Counted from the first letter of the whole stretch, positions 34,807 through 47,195 are shown. The stretch: DNA of 63,753 nt, filler included, from Olpidium bornovanus S191 (GCA_017911155.1; 32 parts of 32 records of this genome joined end to end with filler, not necessarily neighbours in it); one strand, 5' to 3'. Numbers and translations: made by a program. Notes: generated by a model not told the origin, from the sequence alone.

Positions 34807-36798
34807 ATGTGCGGAATAACGGCGCTCCTGCTCGCGGACCAGGGGAGTCTGGCCGGCCCCGAGATTTTCGAGGCTCTCGGAATCTTGCAGCACCGGGGAC
34901 AGGTGCGAAGAGTCGTCTGGTCGTGATCGTCCTTCCGGCGTGAACAACCGCCGTTCAACGCTTCCGGGCTTTTCCCTAACCCCACGCCAGGATGCCGCCG
35001 GAATCGTGACCTGCGGGTCAAAGGGAAGGTTGTATCAATGCAAAGGCAACGGCATGGTGCGCGACGTGTTCGGCAAGGACAGCTTGCTGAATCTTTTAGG
35101 ACACATGGGAGTGGGTCATGGTGCGTCCGGCTTATTTCTCGTCGCTTTTCCCGCATTTTGCGCGTTCATTAATAACCGGGCGCGGTTCCCTAGTTCGGTA
35201 TCCGACGGCGGGAACGTCTTCGAATTCTGAAGCGCAGCCGTTTTACGTCAACAGCCCCTACGGAATAATTTTCGCGCATGTGCGTGACGTCGAACGGCCT
35301 GCCTCGGATGTTGGCGGCTGACCGTGTCACGAAGAAATTTTTCAGTAACCAACCCGCGAACGTGATTCCCGCCTGATCAGAATGGGAACCTGACCAACTC
35401 GGCAGAGCTGAGAAACTTCCTCGACTTCGATGCCCACCGTCATATCAACACAGACTCGGACACGGAACTCCTGCTAAATATCTTTGCCGACGAGCTGCAG
35501 AAAACTGGCAAGTTTCGCATTAACGAGGAGGACACCTTCACTGCCCTGCGGAACCTCTACACCAAATGTCGCGGAGGTTTCGCTTGCGTCGCCATGATCG
35601 CCGGCTTTGGCATTATCGGTTTCCGAGACTCTAACGGCATCCGGCCCCTTATCTACGGTTCGCGGAAGTCGCCGGAAGGCACGGATTACATGTTTGCATC
35701 CGAGTCCGTCGCCCTCGACGTCGCGGGATTCAAAGACCCGATCGACGTCAAACCCGGCGAAGCGGTCATTATCACGAAAAAATCGGTCACTAGGAGGCAA
35801 CTGCTCCCGCCAGGCAAATTTACGCCGTGCATTTTTGAGTATGTAATGATGTTGCGCGGCGTCATCCGGACGGGGAACCTGATCCTGGAAACCCTTGAAG
35901 AACGCGAAGGAGGATTTTATTGCTAAGATCTTTTTGCTTGACCAGGTATGTCTACTTTGCCCGGCCGGATTCCATCATTGATGGCATTAGCGTCTATAAA
36001 TCACGGTTGGCCATGGGCGAGACCTTGGCAGACGCCGTCGTTCGTCAGCTGGGGCCGAACCTGGACATTGACGTCGTCATCCCCGTACCAGACACCAGTC
36101 GTGTGTCTGCGCTGCAGGTGGCGACCAAGCTCAAAATTCTTTACCGCGAAGGTTTTATTAAGAATCGGTACATTGGCAGAACGTTTATCATGCCGGGCCA
36201 GTCAACTCGGGTGAAGAACGTGCGCAGAAAACTAAATCCGATGGCAATGGAGTTTTCTGGGAAGAATGTTCTTCTGGTAGACGGTAAGCGCAGAAAACGA
36301 TACGGCGACAGCGCGCAGGCAGAAGCTGTGTGCACTGAACCATTTGGTGCTTATGTCGTTCCAGACTCCATCGTTCGAGGCACAACCTCCTGCCAGATTA
36401 TTAGTATGGCACGCGAGGCCGGTGCGAAGAAGGTCTACTTTGCGTCTTGCGCGCCGCCCGTTCGGTACCCGAACGTGTACGGCATCGATATGCCGACGTC
36501 GCGGGAGCTGGTGGCGTACCAGCGGACGAACGAGGAGGTGGCCAACCGCATTGGCGCCGACCGGGTTATATATCAGGATCTCGCTGACCTGGTGGCGTCG
36601 TGCGCCAAGTTCAGCGGGGAGCCTGAACCGCATTTCGACACGTCCGTCTTTGATGGCGATTACGTCACTGGAGACGTCAGCGAGGAGTACCTCCGCGAGC
36701 TCGAGGCTTTGCGGTCTGACGAAAGCAAGAGCATACTTGGCGAGCGAGACCCGATTGCGTCGGAGACCATCGGACTGTACAACGCCTACGGGAAGTGA
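34807..36798 (+). CDS. ADE4: Amidophosphoribosyltransferase, complete, multi-exon
   Basis: N-terminal nucleophile [10 protein letters not shown]|DAAGI, VRYPTAG, NGNLTN, SDTELLL, YFARPDS, PRPP loop VLLVD|[17 protein letters not shown]. Confidence 0.98.
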
Positions 36799-38054
36799 AG
36801 CCACCATTCTGCGGGTGGAGACGTCGGAGTCCTTGTCCGCCAGCCCGAGCTGCTAAACATAATATGTATTTTCTTACTTGCCCCGCGTTTTTTTCCCGTT
36901 ATTCTGCCGTCCCTATCAGACAAGTAGCCTTCTTTTTCTGTCTTCGATCCTTATTAGTAACTCCCTCTTGTTAGTTCTGTCTCTCGGAGTCGGAATTAAG
37001 ATACCGTTTGGGATGGATGTTGATGTTATAATTAGGCGAAAGAGTCGATATTGCGCGCCATGNNNNNNNNNNNNNNNNNNNNNNNNNNNNNNNNNNNNNN
37101 NNNNNNTTAATTAATTAANNNNNNNNNNNNNNNNNNNNNNNNNNNNNNNNNNNNNNNNNNNNCATGAGTAAGATAATGGAGGGCGCGCGATGAGGGGGAG
37201 TAGTGAGAACGGAAAAACCGGGTTCAGGCGCAACTTGTGTGCATCGCGCGGCAAAAACAATACCCCCGCTGTCAACCCCTGAAGAATCGCTGGGAATTTC
37301 GAACTGCTAGAGCCAAATAGAGAAAAACACGGAGTCCCGTTCTAGAATCGGCGCTCGGCGCAGCTTCCCTTCTCTTCTCCTGCGTACGCAAAATTCCTCT
37401 CGTTCTTCCACAGATTATTGGCTTCGGGGTGGGGGAGAAGGGGGGTTCTTCGTATTTGGTTGGTTGGTGGAAAAGCCGAAAACTCTCAAGGCGCGTCGTA
37501 CCTCCCTTTCCTCCGCGGGCAGCGCGACCAAACGGCGTTTTCGCTTCGGTCGGCCGTCCAGCTCGCTTGCCTGCCGTCGGCCGAGGAAGGCGGCTTCGCC
37601 CTCGTCGCCGCATAGAGACCGAACCGTCTCCTTTCTCCGGCCACCCCACTTCCCCGCTGTTTCTCTCTATCCCTCCCTCTCTTCTCTCTGTCTTGCGATC
37701 GCGCGCGCGCGTCCACTATCCGAAGGCAAGTTTGGATTTGCGCGGCCGGCGACGCAGTCGTCCTGGAGGACAAGGCCGCAAACGGGCCGAGGATTGGGTA
37801 GCAAGGCTTTGACCGCGACTTCCGATTACCGAAAACGCCTTTCTGCGAAAACCACGTCTTTCCAGGCGCCCGCAAGTAGGGAAGGACCGGCGCTCTCGTC
37901 GCACGAAGCGGGCTTTTGCGCGCAGGGTGCGAGAATCACGTCGAGCTGCAATTAGCCGCTCTTTCGCCGAAAGCCGATTGTGCCCACGCTCGTTTCGCCG
38001 CTCGATAAAACGACGTGTGAGCAGACGCAGGCCAGCGCAAGCAGGCACACTGGG

Positions 38055-38535
38055 ATGTTCAACTCGGCGGCGGAAGTGTTGCTACCGGTGCACTTTCTGA
38101 TGGGGATAGGGCACCTCATCCTCGTCGTGGTGGCAGCCTTGACAAAGGTACCTCGTCGCGTCAAACGGAACCGACACACAGGTCGACAGCATTTAGCCTC
38201 GCGTGGCTTTCTATTTCGGAAACTGCTGCGTGTTATTTTGCTGATCTGCCGGCATCAACAGGACGGCAATGTACGGGCCGCTCTTCCGTTGCAAAACTTC
38301 CCTTCCGATACGTACTCGAGTTACGAAATGTCGTAGGTTTGTGGCAGCAGAGCCCGCACACAGGGCGCCGCGCGGTCACAAGCCAAGTCCTGCCAGACTA
38401 CAAGGCCTTACGCGTCGCTCTGTTTCCGTCGCCAGTATGACAACAGCTGTCGTTTTCACGATAATTTGTTTGGTCATCGAGTTCGGCGGATTTCTTTTTG
38501 GCCTGACCACCTTCAACGCCGCGCTGAACTGCATG
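38055..38535 (+). CDS. TMEM107: Ciliary transition-zone protein TMEM107, 3'-partial
   Basis: Three in-frame exons: LLPVHFLMGIGHLILVVV..LTK|DGNVRAALPL...YSSYEM|SMTTAVVFTIICLVIEFGGFLFGLTTFN, colinear with animal TMEM107 (LVPSRFL.L.AHL, D.NIQACLP, VELAGFLSGVSMFN). Confidence 0.85.
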
Positions 38536-38635
38536 NNNNNNNNNNNNNNNNNNNNNNNNNNNNNNNNNNNNNNNNNNNNTTAATTAATTAANNNNNNNNN
38601 NNNNNNNNNNNNNNNNNNNNNNNNNNNNNNNNNNN

Positions 38636-39394
38636 CATGGGCTGACAAACCGCGACGCGAGGGGTCAGACGTTAGGTACTGACGCTCCGTTCGGTTGCGT
38701 TGCAAACGGAGCGATAGTTGCACCAGCAAATATGTTCTGAAATAGGGACGCGTGCAGCGCGCAGTCAGGCCGCAGCTCCGATCAGGCGATTTAAAAAGGC
38801 AAAAAGGCGCGCACCAGTGGATTCCTCTCGAAGTCAAAAACGCTGATCAAGCCTGTAGATTCCATTGGTGTAACCGGTCAGCAATTCCGCACCGCCCATC
38901 TTGCGCGGAAACGAGCCGCGCCCGGAGACGGGAAACGTTCGGCCCGCCACTGTGGCGCACCTTTGCTGCCGATCCGCTTGAGGCGATCGAGCGCAATCTG
39001 CCGTTCGAACTCGAGCGAGACGTCATGCCGAGGCTGCCAGCGGCGACACGACAAATGAACCGGTCGCGAAGCGTCAATGTGGAGAGGGGGGAGATGTTGA
39101 ATCATTAATTAACAAGTTGTGTCCGCCGCTGCGACTTGTCAACCCCGACGCGCCGGCGCCCCACAAGAAACGAAAGCGGGGGGAATGGGGGAGGGAGGCC
39201 GGGAGACACGGAACAGGGGAAAGGGGTCCACGCTGGCCATCCTCAACTATGAAAAGGGGGTCGGTCGTCAAAAGATGCTTGAACTGCTGTCTCTTCTCGT
39301 GGTTGTCGTTCTCCAGCAGGCGCTTCAGGTCGTCAAAACTCCCGGCGCCAAGGCGGGCCAGAGCTGCTGGATCCGCGACGGCCGCCGACGACAT
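38636..39394 (-). CDS. Probable peroxisomal acyl-CoA oxidase, N-terminal exons
   Basis: LKRLLENDNHEKRQQFKHLLTTDPLF|PRHDVSLEFERQIALDRLKRI and LISVFDFERNP resemble ACOX3/ACX-type N-termini; catalytic motifs are off-contig. Confidence 0.65.
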
Positions 39395-39639
39395 ATCCGC
39401 TTGGCCTTGGCGTCCGCGCGTGCGCTGTTCCGCGGGCGGGCAGTGTGCGGGCGCAGTGTTCGAGGGAGGGGAACCGGCGGGCGGTGCGTGCGTGCGTGCG
39501 GGGGGCCCGTTGTCGCACACGCGCCACGCTGCGCCACCCGCCGCCACCCCGCCCCGCCCGCCAAGCCGCGATCCGCGATCCGCGGAACAGCGCGCTCCTG
39601 AGAGGATCCTGGGAATAGAGTGGTTTCGAGTCTCTTAGA

Positions 39640-40250
39640 AAACCGGCGACGATCAGAGATGATCTCAACCGCGTGCTGGTTGTCGGCGTGGAGTGGTGTA
39701 GGTCGTGCGTCGCAAATGACTGGACAATAGAGTCGGCGCAACCAGACCAGTTCCCGGCAAAGTTTTGATGCTGCGACCACGCCCCGGCCTTTGTGTTACT
39801 GTAAGCAGCGACGTCTGGTTCGTGCTACACCATGTCCCTGAGGCCTTACCACGTTGAACCACCCATCCGGTGATGGTTTAACGGTTGCTGGCCGCGCATC
39901 CCCGACTGTTGTCACTGTATGCACTGTGAAGCGTGTCGTGACCGTGCGCCGGGCCTGTCCCGCGGCCTTCACTGCGTCACGGAAAATGTCGGGCGAGGCG
40001 TGTGTTTCCCGCCAGGTGCGGCAGAATTCTTTTGATAGCAGCTCAATGTACTGGGGATGGGTTAACCGTAAAGCGAAAGAGGAATTTGACGACGGTGGCT
40101 ATGTCGGAGCCGGCATCAATGTCGGTACCGCTAGATTCCAACGTAGATACCGAAGGGGCTCGGGCGTGCACGGTTCGGAATTTTACACGCCCGCACGTAA
40201 TGCAGGGGAAGAAGAAAGGGATAAGGGCAGCTCAAATGCTCCACGAGTCG
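39640..40250 (-). mobile_element. Degenerate Ty1/copia RT C-terminus and RNase H relic
   Basis: DIATVVKFLFRFTVNPSPVH*AAIKRIL..LAG, AYSD, TITGWV..G...W.S..QT, AASKLCRELVWLRRL...PTPLHADNQHAV; contains stops and frameshifts. Confidence 0.85.
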
Positions 40251-40618
40251 CGGGTCGGCGCATTTTTTTTTTGTCTTCCGGCAGCTCGCCGGAATCTGAT
40301 ATAATGCCACGCACGCAGGGGGCAAATCAAGGGCGCCTCGACGGGCTCTTGGAAAAAAGGCAGTACGATTGCACGACAACAAAGTTGTTCGTGTTCATGC
40401 ATGCAGATCACGAACAATAAATCCGTTGCATCATTGACTATCCTGAAACAAAATCCTTAACGACAGGACGTTTCGCATAGGTATATCGTGGCTTTTCCTG
40501 GGATCATCAGTGGACAGANNNNNNNNNNNNNNNNNNNNNNNNNNNNNNNNNNNNNNNNNNNNTTAATTAATTAANNNNNNNNNNNNNNNNNNNNNNNNNN
40601 NNNNNNNNNNNNNNNNNN

Positions 40619-40657
<39 letters not shown>

Positions 40658-40933
40658 CTCACCCCCAGAACAGAACAAGAGAGGGGAAAAACGGCGGGCG
40701 GAACTGCGCCAGAACGCCGGGTGCGGGAGGCGAATAAGACCTCCGCTTCCCGGGCTTGCTCTCTCCTGCTTCCTCCTTTGGCTCTCGCCGCCCGCAGACG
40801 AGCGCATTGTCCGACGAGCACGCTTGCGCTACATCTCTAACCCCGCGCGCACGCCCTTAAAATCGAACGGTTACGTCGGACGTAAGAAACAGAAAGGGGT
40901 CTGCGGCGGCACTCCCAACCGTCGGCGCCCGCA

Positions 40934-42345
40934 ATGACGGCGGACACGGCTGCCGTTGCTTCCGCTCCGTCTCCCGCTGCCTCCGGCGGTGCCGGCGGGC
41001 CGGCGGAAGCGCCGCCGGGGTGTGCAGCAGGGACAGCGGGCGTTGCTGGAGCGAAAACGGCGACCGCCGGCACGCCGGCGACGGGCGGTGCCAAAGAAGA
41101 GAATCTGCCGCGCGCGGCGTCGGCGGATGGGTCATCCGCCGCCGGCCACGATCTTCGCGCCGCGGCGCCCGGCCACAGAGACGCCGGCCACATCGTCAGC
41201 CAGAAGGCGGCCGGGAACCCGCACGAGGGCCAACCGTGGGTGACCGAGACGCCCTTCCAGCGCCAGGAGCGGATTAAGCACCTGTTCAGAGAATTCGATA
41301 GAAAAGGCCACGGCGTCCTCGTCCCCGAGACGTTGCACAGGGTTCCGGAGCACGGAGAGGAAGTCGTAAGTCTCTCAATGTGGCGGCGGTGGCGGCGTTC
41401 CCGGTTGGACGATTGGTGCCTCGAGAGCTTTTGCCATTGCTTGGAATCGTCCAGTTACTCTTGCCCCCGGTTGTTTTCGAACGCAAACCAACAGAACCCG
41501 AGCTATGCGTCCGAACTAGTAGAATTGCGCAACGATTCGCGGGCCAGGCGGGTCGATTTTCCGGAATTCGAACGGTACATACACGCCAAGGTCAGAGTCC
41601 TGTGTGGAGCCTTATGACCGCCGAAGCCTCCGCTGGCCCTGGATATTCGGCTTAGGCAAGCGCTGTTTTGTTAACTCTTCATATTACACCGCTCAGGAAA
41701 AGAAGCTATGGAAAGTGTTCACGGATATCGACGAATCCGGCGATGGCAGGATACAGCCTGACGAGCTGATGAAGTCTTTGCAGAAAGCCGGTAAGGGTAG
41801 GCGGTGCAATGCACACCGAAAATCTCGTCGCTGCGTCCACTTGCTGTGAAAGGGATGCGCAGGGGTAATGTGTCGACGCAATCGGCGCTTACCGGAAAAT
41901 CTCGCAGGTATCACCCTCTCGAACGAGGAGCTCCACCACTTCCTTGGCGACGTGGACTCTAAGAAAGACGGCGCCATAGATTACGCAGAGTGGCGGGACA
42001 GCCTCCTTCTTCTGCCCACTGGAGACACCGACCTACACCACATATATCACTTTTTTCGAAAGAAGGTGTCGCACGTGGATCTGGAGGGCAATGTCTTCAT
42101 ACCCAGGCAGAAGGGCGAGTCACCGATGCGGAACGTCGGCTATTTTCTGGCCGGCGGCCTCGCGGGCGCCGTATCCCGGACGTGCACAGCGCCACTCGAT
42201 CGATTGAAGGTGTACTTCATAACACATGCAAATGGAGGGGGAGGCAATAACGCCGTCGCTGCGGCGACGTGGGGGGGCCGGAGAGTGATTGGAGGGAGAG
42301 TCATAGAGGCGGTGCGGAACTTGTACGCCACAGGCGGCATAGCCA
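40934..42345 (+). CDS. SAL1: Ca2+-binding mitochondrial ATP-Mg/Pi carrier (Sal1/SCaMC), 3'-partial
   Basis: EF-hands (FTDIDESGDGRIQPDEL, DSKKDGAIDYAEWRD), then YFLAGGLAGAVSRTCTAPLDRLKV. Confidence 0.93.
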
Positions 42346-42445
42346 NNNNNNNNNNNNNNNNNNNNNNNNNNNNNNNNNNNNNNNNNNNNTTAATTAATTA
42401 ANNNNNNNNNNNNNNNNNNNNNNNNNNNNNNNNNNNNNNNNNNNN

Positions 42446-42740
42446 CATGTGGCCCGCTGCTTGGCGAATGTGAGGAGGGAACAAACCTGTATGGAGGAAG
42501 CAGTTTTTGATCGTCCGAGCAGTGATTTCACCCCAAGCTGCCAACGACCATCGCATCGCCGCAAGCTGGTCCACCTTGTACAGCTCCACCTCTCCACGTT
42601 CGTCTTGATCAAGAGCGTTCTGAAGGTGGTGGCGGCGATAATGACACTTTAAGGCCGAAATGATACCAGCATCCATGGGCTGAATCTTCGACATTGTGTT
42701 CGGTGGGAGCTGCTGTAGCCCGTTTTTTTGATTTTAAATA
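42446..42740 (-). mobile_element. pogo/Tigger-type DDE_1 transposase fragment
   Basis: LPPNTMSKIQPMDAGIISALKCHYRR...AAMRWSLAAWGEITARTIKNCF..TG. Confidence 0.9.
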
Positions 42741-43070
42741 AATTGTTTACTCGGCCCTATAATCCACTACTTATTAACCTCTGATACCTTATACATTTCA
42801 CCCGGAACGAGGACTATAAAGGATGAGAGGGACGACTGTAGGTATCGTCCCCGCTCAGCGGCCGTTGGGGAGCAGGCGGGATGCACTCCGCCAGAGTCGG
42901 CTGATCATGATGAACACAGGTAACCTCGCATTCACCGGTACAGTCCACCAAGACGGCGCTCCTTCGCAGGAAGCGTTATCTGTTACCGTCACGAGACTTT
43001 TTCGAGAAAGCCTGGGGTTGGCGGAGCTGGTGTGCTGGTGCGACGTGGTGCGGAATTTGTGAAGTCCGGC

Positions 43071-43101
<31 letters not shown>

Positions 43102-43810
43102 GGCCTCCTCGCTACCCCCAGAAATTCGCAAGTCGCGTGGGACTGTGGCGTCTCCAGACGAGGTGATGGTCTGCCCTGCACTCCACACCCCCCACCCCCT
43201 CCCCCACACACACACACTTGGGAGCCTGCTCGGGAGAAGGAAGGAGGGGGAGATATGTAGGTAGCGTATACTGCCGTTTGCGCGAGGCACCGCTCCTTCG
43301 CGCAGGCCCTTTGGCCACCGGACCGTGCGCGCGGGGAGACCGGGGAGCCCCGGGTTCCCGCGCTCGCGGGCGGTCTGCTTCGTTTCTCTCCCCGCGTACT
43401 CCGCCGTGGCCCTTCGGGACGAGCGGCTCCCACGCAAAAGCCCCACCAGGAGGGAAGGCTGCGCTGGGGGACGGGTTGCACTTTAGATTCCGCCCCCAGA
43501 GAGAGTACCCAAAAAAAGCAACCGCTGCCCTGGCTGTGGTTCGACGGACCCCCCTTCCCCTTCGCCCGTGCGCGTCGGTTCGGAGCGGCCATGAAGCCGG
43601 CCGTACACCCTCATAGGCACACACGCCAATATATGCGCGTAGAGAATGACTGAAACTGCTGAGCGGCGCGGTGCGTGAGGCCCGTGTGCACCTTACGATG
43701 ACACCAGAACNNNNNNNNNNNNNNNNNNNNNNNNNNNNNNNNNNNNNNNNNNNNTTAATTAATTAANNNNNNNNNNNNNNNNNNNNNNNNNNNNNNNNNN
43801 NNNNNNNNNN

Positions 43811-44100
43811 ACATGAAGAAACGGTTGTAGAAAGTTCGTTGGCCGTCACAGAGAATGAGAACGTGTCAGACGACGAGATTGAAACCGACACACCGGAGGT
43901 TGAAGAAGAGAAAGAAGTGCCCAATTTAGCGGCGGGAACTTCGCTCGTGCAGGGTGCACGCTTTAAGAACGTAGACGACGTCCTTGCAGCCTACGTGAGA
44001 TATGCGAAAGGAGCAGGCTTTTTCTGTTCGCAAATCCCGAACTCTCATGAACAAAAAGACAACGGTCAGACAGGACTTTGTACGCAGCTTACAGGACTTT
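43811..44100 (+). mobile_element. Possible FAR1-type DNA-binding domain (MULE transposase-derived)
   Basis: Acidic leader, then LVQGARFKNVDDVLAAYVRYAKGAGF (G..F.....A...Y..YA...GF); the rest of the domain is not clearly recognisable. Confidence 0.45.
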
Positions 44101-44101
44101 A

Positions 44102-44124
44102 TAGGGTTAGGGTTAGGGTTTGGG
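44102..44124 (+). repeat. Short interstitial telomere-like repeat (TTAGGG)n
   Basis: TAGGG TTAGGG TTAGGG TTTGGG. Confidence 0.6.
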
Positions 44125-45516
44125 TGCGGTGGCCTATAGACCTGCGGCGAGCCGCAGGTATGCGCAAAATAATACGTTGCGCACATGTGCGCAACGTATC
44201 AAAACTCATTTAGTCTATCGCTTCGCGCTTCACTTCGCGGAGTGGGCGATACATTGCGTTGAGTTCTGAAAACGATAGTGGAAAACTGGCTGCAGGTGGC
44301 GAAATGACGGACGCGGCGGGTACTACGGGCACGACGGGCGCAGCAGACAGTATGGCTGACAACAACCCGGAAGCGCTCTCGACGGCTGAAGCGGGAGTTC
44401 TCGAGCACGCTCTTTGGATGTGGCCACTCTGGCAAGCGCCGGCGAGCGGGATTTAATTATCATTTTTTTCGGGAGTCGCGCGAGCGGCCCCCCGCACCGT
44501 TTCGGATTCAGCACTAAACGCACGGCGTTTCTTAACATCCCAGCCGAAGTCGAGGACAGAGAAGGGGACCTGCACTTTCATGGGCGGATAACCGGGGCAA
44601 GAAAAGAGTACATATCCAGACTGAAGCAGACGCAACGCTCCGCACGTGGCTGATCCGATCAGCTCAAGCGGGTGGGATTTCACATTCGTTTCCCTCTGGG
44701 GTCGCGTGAGTGACCCCCATGCACCGACCCCCAGTCGCGGCCCCTGGGCTTCCCCAGTCCGCAGATGCCCGCCGGCTTTGCCCTCAGCGGATGCATATGA
44801 GATCCCCCTGGTTGCAAGGGAAAAAAAAAGTTCAGGAAAGCCCCTTGAATGTCGCTCGCATAGCACGCACGCACACGTCGCGGGCTTCCGCTTTTGTGCA
44901 CCGCGACCTGCGAAAGGACTGTGCTTTTTCGCATTTTTCGGTCCTTTACAGGGACTTTCCGCCGCAATCGCCACCACCTCCGTTCTCGCCGCGGCTGTCA
45001 TGGCGAGCGCCACGCGGAATATGTCGCCAAACTCAGCCGGCATCCGACTTGGTTCCAAGTTTTCAAAGTGCTGCTGGAACGGTGAAATCGCCCCTGCTTT
45101 TGACGGGGGATCGGCCCAAAACGCCGCCGGTGCAGACTTGGCGCGTCCCAAGGTTGCTTTAAGCGACTTGCTGAGGGGGCAAACGGGCCGTTGTCGGACG
45201 AGGAGGATGCCCCGGATGCATCCCGAAAAACCGCTCCTCTCTTGTTTGGGCCCCTCCTTCCGTCGTTCAATTGCAAAGGTAACAGCGCATTCCGCTGGGG
45301 AATCCTGTCGCGGTTCAAGGTTCACTTTATATATTCTCTCCTACTCCACGGAAACCGGCGACGACGCTGCGTGGGTGTTATTCGTCCTGCGCAGAATCCA
45401 CTTGTCTACTATTACCGATCGCGGCTTTTAGAATGATGACAGAGAGATCTAGAGGCGCCGCTGGTAAATTGCTAAGCGCCCCCATTGGGAACCGCATTAA
45501 GCTCTCTCCGCGCTGC

Positions 45517-45562
<46 letters not shown>

Positions 45563-46274
45563 AAGGGAGAATTCCCGGTTTCGAAGAACCACCCCCCCCC
45601 CCCCCGGTTGTTTAAGCGTTTTGGGGTTCGCCCTTTTTCTCTCCCCCGTCCCCCCCCCCCCCCTGCCCCACACNNNNNNNNNNNNNNNNNNNNNNNNNNN
45701 NNNNNNNNNNNNNNNNNTTAATTAATTAANNNNNNNNNNNNNNNNNNNNNNNNNNNNNNNNNNNNNNNNNNNNCATGCACTGGAAAAAGAAAAGCCGCAC
45801 GCCCCGGGCTGTGAGCATTTTACATTCCGCGCGGAGACGTGGGAAAATTTCACAGTAGTAGTTGGACCTGCCGGCTTGCTTGGCGAATCCTCCCCTGAAA
45901 GCTCACCTCGTCCCACGTAACCAATTTACAACACAGCCACGCGCTTCGCACCCAATACAACGGGGAAGAACGCGACACCGTGCACCAAACATAAGTTTTC
46001 CGCGGGGACATTCTACCGTTTGTTTGAGTTCACAATTCCGTCCAATGCAAATCGTGTTCGCACCAACAAGAATCGGCCGATGATGGTGGATCCCACCGAG
46101 GCTCTAGCCACCAAGGTGCTTAGGAAGCGGCCGGGGCCGGCAAGGGGGGAAGGGGAAAGGAAAGAGAGAATGGAGCCATCGTGCGCGACGCGCGTGGGTG
46201 GAGTTAGAGAAAAAGCAAACGGAACACAAAGTGTAAATCTATAACACAAACGCGGCAAGAATCCGAACGAAAAA

Positions 46275-47195
46275 TCATCCTCCGCGTTTGCCCTTCTTCG
46301 GCTCCTTCTTCTTGATGGTCTCTCCGTTGACGAAGACGCCTTTGAGCTTGTAAGGCTCCGGTTTGCGGCACGCTCGGATGGCCATGGCAAAATCGAGTAG
46401 GTTCTTTTTGTTTGGCCCACAAAGCACAAAGTTGGTGGGATTGTAGATGGTGATTTGCATGTCCTCGGGTATGGGGAAGTCAAAGCTGTTCGGGTAGCCC
46501 AGCTTGCAACTGAGGACGGGCCTGTCACCGGATTTGGTGGGCTCGACGATGGCGACACGGTAGCCAACGCCGTTTAACCGGACGGGGACTGTGAAGCCCT
46601 CGGTGACTCCCGTAACAGCCTGCGATGCAAGGTAATGCACCCTGACCCAAGCGGTGTACTGACCGGAGCTCTCGATGTCTTCGGCTCGCATCCACAGCTG
46701 GCGCGTGTTCTCGCCGAGGGCAGTCGGGTCGCCAAGGTTGTTCGGGTCGTCCTTGGCGGCGGCGCCTGCCGGCGACGTCAAAGTCGCCTCCTTCTCCGCC
46801 TCCTCCAACCACAGGCGGACGAACGGCGGCACGTACACGGGAAACACGCCTTTGGGGCCGCTGAACAGCAGCCTCCTGCAGAACTGGAACTGCTGCCGCC
46901 GCGGCACCTGTTCGGTGTCGTAGGCCACCTTGACGGACGACGGGAGAAGGATAGGCCGCTGGCCCCGGTGCGCGAGAAGTTCGCCGCTGGGCCCGCGGAA
47001 GGGGCCGGTCGGCGGCGGACCCATGTCGGGCCCCGGCTCGTAAGTGTTCCGGCCGCCCGCGACGGCGCCGGCGTGCCGGACCTGCTGCCCGCGCGGCGGC
47101 CGCGTGGGTCGGAGCGCGGCGTCGCACGCAGAAGCCGCCGCTCTCCGCGCGGCACTTAGCCAGGCGGCGAGGGGCGCCTGCACCGCACCGGTCAT
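46275..47195 (-). CDS. MRPL6: Mitochondrial ribosomal protein uL6m, intronless
   Basis: GVTEGFTVPVRLNGVGYRV, KLGYPNS, RACRKPEPYKLKGVFVNGETIKKK; Arg/Ala-rich presequence-like N-terminus. The start is uncertain (47195 or 47210). Confidence 0.88.
   Translation of the reverse strand: MTGAVQAPLAAWLSAARRAAASACDAALRPTRPPRGQQVRHAGAVAGGRNTYEPGPDMGPPPTGPFRGPSGELLAHRGQRPILLPSSVKVAYDTEQVPRRQQFQFCRRLLFSGPKGVFPVYVPPFVRLWLEEAEKEATLTSPAGAAAKDDPNNLGDPTALGENTRQLWMRAEDIESSGQYTAWVRVHYLASQAVTGVTEGFTVPVRLNGVGYRVAIVEPTKSGDRPVLSCKLGYPNSFDFPIPEDMQITIYNPTNFVLCGPNKKNLLDFAMAIRACRKPEPYKLKGVFVNGETIKKKEPKKGKRGG

Noticed and set aside
44259-45431. Overlapping 150-290-aa ORFs on both strands
   Set aside because: No recognisable motif or consistent splice structure.
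46230-46245. TGTAAAT near the MRPL6 3' end as a Puf3 site
   Set aside because: It is on the antisense strand and does not match UGUANAUA.
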